A stretch of 64,000 bases of DNA from positions 1 to 64,000 of the forward strand of contig SDNP01000014.1 in NCBI GenBank assembly GCA_004524445.1, in the 5' to 3' direction. The stretch is from Candidatus Thorarchaeota archaeon (lineage in GTDB: Archaea > Asgardarchaeota > Thorarchaeia > Thorarchaeales > Thorarchaeaceae). A program made the translations under genes and the position numbers. Position 1 is the first letter of the stretch. Each line of letters starts with the position of its first letter. A model generated the notes under the pieces. That model did not search any database, was not told where the DNA came from, and worked only from the letters and a program-made list of their open reading frames with translations. This document shows, one piece after another, positions 9,516-17,900 of this stretch.

Positions 9516-10178
9516 ATGTCATATGACTATGATATGGAAGCAGTCGAGAAGGCTGTGGCCGAGGCGAGAGAGAAAGGACAAGAAAGAGGCATCAATTTCG
9601 AACAAAGCATTGATGTCGCAGTCAATTTCAGAAGCAAAGAGCTTGATATGTCGGACTCAGAAAATAGAATCAACCAAGAGGTAGTTTTGCCTAACCATCT
9701 GGTTCCGCCGCCTACGATATGTGCAATTGGTGACGGTGAATTTGCTGAAAATGCAGAGGCGGCTGGTGTCGATAGAGTCATTGCGAAGGATGATATCGCT
9801 ACTATCGCTGAAGACAAGAAAGCTCGGAAAACTCTTGCAAAAGAGTTTGATTTCTTTGTATCTGTCACTGACGCAATGCCCCTGGTGGGAAGATATCTAG
9901 GTCAGGCGCTTGGCCCGAGAGGGAAGATGCCTAGACCATATCCACCCCAAGCAGATCTTGAACCAGTGGTAGAGCAATATCGTCGCACAGTACGAATCAG
10001 AATGAGAAACACGCCAACCTTCCACACAAAAGTGGGACATGTGAACATGAGTGACAGGAAGATTGCTGAGAACATTGCAGCAATCCTCAACTTCGTTCAA
10101 CGAAAGGAGCTCATTCAACGAGTTGGAAGTGTTCTTGTCAAGACTACCATGGGACCCCCAGTGGAGGTACCCTACTAA
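9516..10178 (+). CDS. rpl1: 50S ribosomal protein L1
   Basis: LGQALGPRGKMP, VKTTMGP. Confidence 0.96.
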   Translation: MSYDYDMEAVEKAVAEAREKGQERGINFEQSIDVAVNFRSKELDMSDSENRINQEVVLPNHLVPPPTICAIGDGEFAENAEAAGVDRVIAKDDIATIAEDKKARKTLAKEFDFFVSVTDAMPLVGRYLGQALGPRGKMPRPYPPQADLEPVVEQYRRTVRIRMRNTPTFHTKVGHVNMSDRKIAENIAAILNFVQRKELIQRVGSVLVKTTMGPPVEVPY

Positions 10179-10190
10179 AGGTGAAACACA

Positions 10191-11213
10191 TTGAGCGTTT
10201 ATGAAAAGAAAATCCCTCAATGGAAAATTGACTTGGTAGATAAGCTGGCTGAAACCATCAAGAATAGCAAGATGGTTGGCCTAGTCAACGTAGAGGGCGT
10301 TGGTGCCAAGCAGCTCCAAGGAATCCGGGATAGTTTGAGAGGCTCTGCCAAAATCAAAATGGCCCGGAATACACTGATGAAGAGAGCAATCGATGAGTCA
10401 GAACAAGAAGGTATTGAGGACTTAGCAGCCCATCTCAAGGGACCTGTTTCGTTCATCTTCAGTGATGAAGACCCCTTCTTGTTGAGCAAGTTTCTCAGTG
10501 AAAACAAGGCAGCTGCACCTGCAAAGGGAGGCCAAGTGTCGCCCAAGGACATCATAGTACCTGCTATGAACACGGGTGTCGCACCCGGCCCGTTCATCAG
10601 TGAACTTGCAGCGCTGGATATTCCATCTCGAGTAAAGGGTGGAGTCATCCATGTGACTGAAGACACTGTTGCTGTAGAAGCTGGAGAAGTGATCTCCAAT
10701 GCAATGGCACAGATGCTCGGGAGACTGGGTATCGAGCCAATGGAGCTTCAGCTCAAGCTCGTTGCGGCATATGCTGATGGCACGGTGCTCACAACTGAGG
10801 ACCTAGAGATAGACCTCGAAGCATTATTCGGGAACGTCTTACTCGGTCATCAGTACGCAGTCAATCTGTCAGTCAATACTGGATACCCAACCTCGGAAAC
10901 AATACCACTGATTATCGCCAAGGCCAATATGGAGGCAAAGAACCTGGCACTGACTATTGGATTCTTTACTCCCGAACTCTTGAACGAATTCTTGGCAAAG
11001 GCGAATTCAGAGGCAGCCATGCTGGCTGGTTTGATAGCCGATAAGGATCCAGATGCAATACCCTCAGACCTCGTTAATCAGATTCAAGCTGCAGCAGCAG
11101 CACCTCCCGAGGCACCCTCAGCAGAGGAGAGCCCCGATGAGGAGGAAGAAGCTGAAGAAGAGGAAGATGAGGAGGAAGAAGCTGTAGCAGGCCTAGGCGG
11201 CCTGTTTGGTTAA
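10191..11213 (+). CDS. rpl10: 50S ribosomal protein L10 (P0)
   Basis: IPQWK, MARNTLM, AKGGQVSP, acidic tail ending GLGGLFG. Confidence 0.96.
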   Translation: MSVYEKKIPQWKIDLVDKLAETIKNSKMVGLVNVEGVGAKQLQGIRDSLRGSAKIKMARNTLMKRAIDESEQEGIEDLAAHLKGPVSFIFSDEDPFLLSKFLSENKAAAPAKGGQVSPKDIIVPAMNTGVAPGPFISELAALDIPSRVKGGVIHVTEDTVAVEAGEVISNAMAQMLGRLGIEPMELQLKLVAAYADGTVLTTEDLEIDLEALFGNVLLGHQYAVNLSVNTGYPTSETIPLIIAKANMEAKNLALTIGFFTPELLNEFLAKANSEAAMLAGLIADKDPDAIPSDLVNQIQAAAAAPPEAPSAEESPDEEEEAEEEEDEEEEAVAGLGGLFG

Positions 11214-11234
11214 ATAATAAAGAGGTAATAAAAA

Positions 11235-11537
11235 ATGGAGTACGTATACACAGCACTTCTGCTTCACAAAGCAGGCCAAGATCTTACCGATGCCAATATG
11301 GAGTCTGTTCTCAGCGCCGCAGGCGTTAAGCCAGATAAAGGTAGGATAAAGGCCATGCTTGCAGCACTCGAGGGTGTCGACATTGAAGATGCCCTGAAAT
11401 CGGCCGCAGCGGTTCCGACCGCCGCCGCACCAGCAGTAACTGGTGGAGAGGCTGCCGCAGCAGAAGAAGAGAAGGAAGAGGAAGAAGAGGAAGAGGAAGA
11501 AGAGTTCACTGCTGGACTTGGAAGCCTGTTTGGTTAG
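11235..11537 (+). CDS. rpl12: 50S ribosomal protein L12 (aP1)
   Basis: [11 protein letters not shown], Ala/Glu hinge, GLGSLFG. Confidence 0.97.
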   Translation: MEYVYTALLLHKAGQDLTDANMESVLSAAGVKPDKGRIKAMLAALEGVDIEDALKSAAAVPTAAAPAVTGGEAAAAEEEKEEEEEEEEEEFTAGLGSLFG

Positions 11538-11580
11538 AGTATAAGCTTTGCCCTCCAAATCCTAGCCTTCATTCAGTTTA

Positions 11581-11627
11581 GACGGGCCAGCGGGCCGCAA
11601 GCCTGCTCGCCCATCAACGTCTTTTTC
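11581..11627. terminator. GC-rich hairpin plus T-tract between convergent genes
   Basis: GACGGGCCAGCGGGC-CGCAA-GCCTGCTCGCCCATC stem followed by TTTTT. Confidence 0.55.
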
Positions 11628-11643
11628 GTTCAAAACACATGAA

Positions 11644-12453
11644 CTACCGCTTTTTATGAAGATGAAATACCACTATAGCAATCATAACTAATGAGACTCC
11701 GAAAACCACATACAACAGAAGTATTGGGGGAAAGTTGGTTTTTCCTCGCAACGTGGCTCGAAATGATGTCCAATCACTATCAAACTCTGAGGCGTTGAAG
11801 TCCCAAATTCCCCGTGCATTGGCACCATCATAAGTTGACGTGAAATAATCCTCAGGATAGAAGCTGTGTTCGATAAACTGAGAATACCCACGAATCTCCA
11901 TATCAACAGTTTCATGACTGTCACTAGCCCATGTGGAGGCGGATCCTACATAATATCGAATATTTATGGCATTGCCAAACCAATTCGGAGTGAATTTCAC
12001 GAACGAGTCAATAATGCGAACCTGAGTTTCAAAAAAGCTCACATTGAAAATGGCGAACATGAGCTCATGGGTGGGAACATAGAGGGTAAGGTCGGATATA
12101 CTGATGCTTGATCCATTTACAAGGTCATAACCAACCTCTGTGCCATCAACCAGTATCTCCAACTCCAGTCCATCGTCATCACCGGTGACAGGTTGCCAAT
12201 CGTATGTAGGAAATAAAAACGCGACCCGAAGACCTTCTTCAGAAGGAGACTCCAGTCTGAAGGTGGAATTGAAAGTAACCGAGCCATAGGCATCAATTGA
12301 CACATTCACCTCTGCAAGTGGCATGGATACTGTAGTGTTCAGACCGAAACAACCGCCCGCACTAATGTCTTCAAGAACCATCACGTCGGCGGCGACTGGA
12401 GAGAGAAACTGGATGCTTGCTGCAAGTAGAAGGATGACTAGTATGGATTTCAT
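11644..12453 (-). CDS. Exported beta-rich protein with signal peptide and C-terminal membrane anchor
   Basis: MKSILVILLLAASIQFLSPVAA signal; C-terminal TM followed by KKR; start refined to ATG 12453. Confidence 0.75.
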   Translation of the reverse strand: MKSILVILLLAASIQFLSPVAADVMVLEDISAGGCFGLNTTVSMPLAEVNVSIDAYGSVTFNSTFRLESPSEEGLRVAFLFPTYDWQPVTGDDDGLELEILVDGTEVGYDLVNGSSISISDLTLYVPTHELMFAIFNVSFFETQVRIIDSFVKFTPNWFGNAINIRYYVGSASTWASDSHETVDMEIRGYSQFIEHSFYPEDYFTSTYDGANARGIWDFNASEFDSDWTSFRATLRGKTNFPPILLLYVVFGVSLVMIAIVVFHLHKKR

Positions 12454-12577
12454 CTGAACACTGTTTACTTCCATCATACTACTAACTATATCAAAAAAGG
12501 AATTAAGGATTGACCTCGGCTGACTTCTGAACCAAGTGACCCACAGAATCATATTCTCTGACGCATATTTTCCAATC

Positions 12578-13360
12578 ATGAAGATTGTCTTCCACCCGAA
12601 GATGAGAGAGAGTTATGACCACACCCCGGCAGGAGCTCCAAACCGATTAAACTCAGCGGTGGAGATACTCAGTAGGCACCCAGACTATGAGTTTGTTGAG
12701 GCGAGACAAGCCACAGAAGAAGAGATCTATCGTGCCCATGTACAAGGTCATATTGAGAAAATCAAAGAGGAGAGAAACTCTAGGATTGGGGGGCGGCTCT
12801 ATGAAATGGCAATGCTTGCAGCTGGAGGATCCGTCATGACCGCAGAAATTGCAGCAGAGGGAGAGCCCGCATTTGGGCTCATACGTCCACCAGGACATCA
12901 TGCCTCATATTCATCATATTGGGGATTCTGTTACTTCAACAACATGGCAATCGCCATCTTAGCCTTGAGGGCACAGGGGCTGATTCAATCAGCATACATT
13001 TTGGACTTCGACCTTCATACTGGCGACGGCAATATCAACATTCTTGGAGATGACCCTGATATTGTGATTCACAACCCGAGTGGATTTGGGGAAGAGGAAT
13101 ACCTTGAGAATGTGAGAAGGGGTCTGGACAGATCACCTGAGGTAGACATCATCGCTGCATCTGCAGGGTTTGATCAATACATAGACGACTGGGGAGGAAA
13201 GCTCTCGACTGAGGCTTTTGCCACGATTGGAGCCATATTGAATGAGTTTGCTGAAGAAAACTGCAAGGGGCGCCGTTTCGGGCTGCTTGAGGGCGGATAC
13301 AACTTTGAGGACCTTGGTAAGAATGTCTTAGCCTTCTGTGAAGGATTAAGGGGAAAGTAG
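12578..13360 (+). CDS. Histone deacetylase (AcuC/HDAC)-family protein
   Basis: RPPGHHA, GFCYFNN, DFDLHTGDG, SAGFD, LEGGY. Confidence 0.92.
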   Translation: MKIVFHPKMRESYDHTPAGAPNRLNSAVEILSRHPDYEFVEARQATEEEIYRAHVQGHIEKIKEERNSRIGGRLYEMAMLAAGGSVMTAEIAAEGEPAFGLIRPPGHHASYSSYWGFCYFNNMAIAILALRAQGLIQSAYILDFDLHTGDGNINILGDDPDIVIHNPSGFGEEEYLENVRRGLDRSPEVDIIAASAGFDQYIDDWGGKLSTEAFATIGAILNEFAEENCKGRRFGLLEGGYNFEDLGKNVLAFCEGLRGK

Positions 13361-13391
13361 GTTCTATCGCAGAAACTGGAGGGCAAATCTG

Positions 13392-14252
13392 ATGAGATGT
13401 ATCGAATTTCTCGCAGAAGACGCACCAGTGTTTTTGGACGCACATAATGCATGCATACTCCTTAAAGCACGACAGAAGGAACTAGCCTCGGTCGAAGTTT
13501 CACTAGACCTTGGTCTCTCAACCCAGAGTGTTGATTTCTCAGAGTGGGATTGCGATGCTCAGGAACTGGATAAAATTGTAAAAAAACCGAATTCTGCTTA
13601 CATCATACGAGATGGAACTGCAAATGAGATTGCAATTCGTAATTCTATTGAGTACAGACTCCGTCCTACAGAGAAGGGACAGGCTCCGGCACTTGTAATA
13701 GACGAAGAATTGATGCATCAGATTGCCCCCCTTGGACCAATGGAATACGCAAGGAGGAGGGCTGAACTCGCTGTAAATCCCGGATGGCGGGTCCTAGATA
13801 TCGGTACAGGACTTGGCTACTCAGCAATTGCCTCTCTTGACAGAGATGCACATGAAGTTGTATCAATCGAGAAGCACCCTGAAGTCATTGAACTTTCACG
13901 GATGAATCCCTGGTCTCAAAGGCTTCATGAAGATGAAAGAGTAAGCATAGTCATTGGTGATGCATTCGAAGTGGTCAGCACGTTGCGAGTCGATAGCTTT
14001 GATTCTGTGTTTCACGACCCGCCTCAGATCCAGCTCACCCCCAAACTCTACTCTACCAAAATGTATCGTTTGATTGGTCAGGTTTTGGTACCAGATGGAC
14101 AATTATGTCACTATGTTGGACCAGAGGGATTCTCCTACAGGGGGCAAGAGGTTGCAAAGTTGGTCGAAAATAGATTACGAGGGAATGGATTTCACAGCAT
14201 TGAGTTCATTCCAAAGCTTCAGAGTATTCTTGCTACGTATGGGGACAAGTAG
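13392..14252 (+). CDS. Class I SAM-dependent methyltransferase (COG2521-like)
   Basis: VSLDLG N-region, VLDIGTGLGYSA, SRMNPWS, HDPP. Confidence 0.85.
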   Translation: MRCIEFLAEDAPVFLDAHNACILLKARQKELASVEVSLDLGLSTQSVDFSEWDCDAQELDKIVKKPNSAYIIRDGTANEIAIRNSIEYRLRPTEKGQAPALVIDEELMHQIAPLGPMEYARRRAELAVNPGWRVLDIGTGLGYSAIASLDRDAHEVVSIEKHPEVIELSRMNPWSQRLHEDERVSIVIGDAFEVVSTLRVDSFDSVFHDPPQIQLTPKLYSTKMYRLIGQVLVPDGQLCHYVGPEGFSYRGQEVAKLVENRLRGNGFHSIEFIPKLQSILATYGDK

Positions 14253-14312
14253 AGCTCTCAAGTTTCTAAGGTGCTTAAATCACTCCGGTATGAATAAGAA
14301 GTGGTGCATCCA

Positions 14313-14564
14313 ATGAGATTCTTGACTCTGCTAAGCCCGCTCTCTAACTTTGCTCAGATGATCTCCGTTTATTTTGCAGAGATTTGGGAGTTCTTGATTT
14401 TTATCGGAAGGGTCTCTGGAATCATTATTGTACTGGCAGGCGCAATAATCTGGTTCACCGATGCAAATCCTAAGCGTGGAAAGGGCCTAGTATTTGGCGG
14501 TATTGTGCTATCCATTGTTGTCCAATATTTCGTTATCTATCCACCTGCTTTCGTCGTTATTTGA
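14313..14564 (+). CDS. Small two-TM membrane protein (VirB2/TrbC pilin-like pattern)
   Basis: Two hydrophobic helices joined by a KRGKG basic loop. Confidence 0.65.
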   Translation: MRFLTLLSPLSNFAQMISVYFAEIWEFLIFIGRVSGIIIVLAGAIIWFTDANPKRGKGLVFGGIVLSIVVQYFVIYPPAFVVI

Positions 14565-14643
14565 GGTGCCTAGAATCCCAACGCCCGTCATGTCATGCGG
14601 AAAGGTTTATGTCTACATCCCTCAGGTCATTCCAGTGATGCTC

Positions 14644-14751
14644 GGGCCCGTTGCCTAGCCCGGATAGGGCGCTACCCTTCTATATTGCCTGACTTGCTCC
14701 GGCTTGTAGGACAGGTAGATCTCGAGCGTTCGAATCGCTCCGGGCCCGCCA
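14644..14751 (+). tRNA. tRNA-Arg(TCT) with 30-nt intron at 37/38 (14683-14712), encoded CCA
   Basis: Acceptor GGGCCCG/CGGGCCC, anticodon stem CTACC/GGTAG with CT-TCT-A, T-arm GAGCG-TTCGAAT-CGCTC. Confidence 0.92.
14740..14751 (+). repeat. att-like core CCGGGCCCGCCA, copy 1 (tRNA-Arg 3' end)
   Basis: Identical 12-mer at 21202-21213. Confidence 0.65.
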
Positions 14752-14990
14752 CCAACCATTCCAATCTGTTTTGGGTCATCAAAATTCGTTCTTCAGAAAA
14801 TGACAAAAAGTCGGAAGTCGTTGTGCCGGTTGCGATGAAGGAAGTGCGAAATGGAGGTTATGAGGACACTGCAATAGAAACGGGGCATTAATAGCGCTAT
14901 TTCAATTCGTCAATCGGTTCTTCACACCATTTAATGCATGGTGAGAGCTTTTTCGTTCTCTTGCGGATGCAAATGAAATTTGGATTCCGC

Positions 14991-17900
14991 TTATTGCCGC
15001 TGAAGAAGAGCCGCCTTTAGTTTCTCCCGTAGATGCCATGATAGATTTGCCTTCTCAATCACCATCAAACACTCTTTTCGTTCGAGTTGGAGTTCTCCGC
15101 AATAGCCGAGGAATAGCTTCAATATGTCCATGTTTCGAATTCCCTCTGGTGGTGTATGGCACACCTCTAGCTGATTTGCAAAGAGGGCAATCTTCTGATG
15201 TTTAGGAATATCTAGCTGCATTACTTTGGAAAAGAGGTCAAGCAACCCAGACCAGACCCCAATTGACCAGACCTGATTGCACTGCTTTCTCCAGGCTGAT
15301 TCCGCTGTTTCCCGTATTCTTACCATCGGATTTGCTGGTGCATAGTAGCCAGAGGAACCAGACGTCAGGGCTTTAAATCTAGGATCACCTATGAGTTTTG
15401 CCATAAGATTGTCAAATGCTGGACCGTTGAGTAGCCGTTTGACAACTTGATTGATTTGGTTGAAGGACTGCGCTTTCCGTGCTGCATTTAGTACTCTCAT
15501 TGCCACAGTAGGATTTTCGATAGGCGTCTGGCCTGCAACCTTTGAGCCCAAAACAGCAGTACATGCCTTAAGAGCCAACTCATTGTCTGGCATAATGGGA
15601 ACTTCCAAGAAGAAATCCTTGGTTTGATTCAGGATATGTGTCCATAGCGCTCGTTCCAATCTGTCGAGTTCATCACGAATCAGTCCACCACCGATATCAG
15701 TGGCCGTAGGAAGAGCTATTCGCATTGCTTGAGAAGCCTTTGCTATCTCCGTGATATTGCCCTGAGAGTTATCAGATAGATTTGGCAGACTCCTTAGAAT
15801 TCGCTCCATTACCATCGAGGCAGTCATCGTATCTTTCGATTCAGCCACGAATTTCACCAGTAATTCCAAAGCTACCGGCCCTGCCGAATCTGCATCTTCC
15901 TCATTCAGAAATGTGATAACTTCAAAGGTACTTTTGATTCGCGACTTCGTACTTGGCCCGGCGTTTTGAGCTATGGTCTTGAGCAATCCTTCGATTTTTT
16001 CATCTTTGGGATATTCAAAATAGCTTTCCACAATGGGCGAGATTACAGTCAGCATTGCATCGTCATCCAATTCAATCTTTTTGAGTAATCCTTTGAGACG
16101 CCGAAATCTTGATTCTTGGAGCAAAATCCCTACAACCTCTAGGGCAACAACAGAATAGTGAGTCTTTTCTAACATGCCGAGTAACTCTAACGCCTTGGCT
16201 TGGGTTTTTGCGTATGCAATCTCTTGTGCCACTATTTCAAGTCGACCAACCTGAAGCAATAGATTGATACGAAGATTGGAATCCTCCAAAGACTGAGCCA
16301 ACTGGCTCAGCTCTCTTGCAGCTTCAGTATCCTTTGCAATGCTGAATAGCCCAAATGAAAGGTCAGGCATAGCATTAATCAACTTCCTTGCATCTTCATC
16401 TTGGTTATTGGTCATCAGCAACACAAGAAGGTTAACTGCTTCACGTCTATAGCTCTGCAATATCATATTTCTAAACTGAGTAATCGCCAAGTCTAAATTG
16501 CCCTCTTTGAGGGAGGAAACTACTGCAACACGATATGCATCCTCCTGAAGACTCAACGCAGTAAATATACGATAGGTTTCTTCCCAATGTGATGCCTCTA
16601 ATACGTTGGCTAGTTCAAGCAACTGATTTCTACACGGGGATATTCCTGCCAAGGTTGATAGCATATTTTCTGGACAGTTGTTCTTCTGAGCAAGTCGGAC
16701 AGCAGACTCAAACATGTTATTCTTCAAGTATATCAAAAGCGCTTGTTCCTGATTGGATTCTGAATTAGATTCGATTTCAACAGCCTTTGTGATTTCATCA
16801 TATCGGGAAACCCACGATTTTCGTTTGTATATTGCAGCGCCCACAGCCACTAAGAGTGCAGGTATCATGAAATAAAGCGCATAAGTCTGCCAAATAGTTG
16901 TCATGGCGTAAGACTCAGAGCTCAAATCCACCAGTATCTCTGCTGTACCAACCAAGATCTCTGCAGAGATGTCAACATTTCCGCCCATAAGAGATAGATC
17001 TAGCATTTCGAATTGAAATGAATATGTGTTTATTCCAGGTTCGATTACAACGAATCTTGAGTCTATGATCGCTCCATTCCTCAGTATTTTGATTGTCGCA
17101 GGAAATGACGAGTCTTCAGTATTAGATACAATAACATCAATATGCCATACGCCGACCTGTTTGGTTTCGGGTATACGTATTTCCGATACCCATATTCTAG
17201 GCGCCCTTGAAGTCACAATTTGAGTGAACTCATAGACGCTTCCTTCAGGGAAAAAGTGAATCTCATAGTCTCCATTTATCGCCTCTATTGGCAAATCTAA
17301 TTCAATCTCAGATTGATATCCATCATCGCAAACAGCTTGTCCTGTGAATAACAGAGACTCATCTGGTGCAATTATGAAATAGTCGAAGTATGCAACGGGA
17401 ATCGGGTAGCCTTCAGATGTTTCGAGTCCTAGTGTATACGCTGTTGATGCACCCAATACGGCATATGTAACAGAAATGGATTTCGCAATTGGTGCCTGTA
17501 CTTCTATAGGCAAAGTGTAGTGGCGGTCACTATCGGGAATCCCGTACACAAGAGTGTAGTTACCGATAGAATCACAGAAAGAGAATGAGAGTGATAATTC
17601 CGCAATCGAATTTTCACTACATCTTAGAATCCCAGAGCAGAACACAGTGCCATTCGGACAAAATACTTGATATTCAAATGAGTGTGAAGGCACTCTATTA
17701 CCGTTCAAATCCTCCAAACCGAGGGTGATGTTGATGCGCAAACCCAGTGTAGTTGAAATGTTCGGAATGAGTGTCGTAGGAGGGATAAAATCAATTGTTG
17801 TAGAAAAGGTAAGCATTGTATCAGGATCTATCAAATCAAACCGCCATCTTCCATCAGCATCATCATCAGACAGAGCCAAATCATAGCTACCCGTGTATCC

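Noticed and set aside
11581-11615. GC hairpin considered as a SECIS element
   Set aside because: No in-frame UGA in flanking genes and no SECIS core motif; better explained as a terminator between convergent genes.
12578-13360. HDAC as evidence of eukaryote-like chromatin modification
   Set aside because: The AcuC/HDAC family is widespread in prokaryotes; no substrate information in the sequence.
14595-14891. 98-aa ORF (also the 64-aa ORF 33099-33293, 94-aa ORF 33297-33581 and 79-aa ORF 40907-41146)
   Set aside because: Shadow ORFs overlapping tRNA genes.
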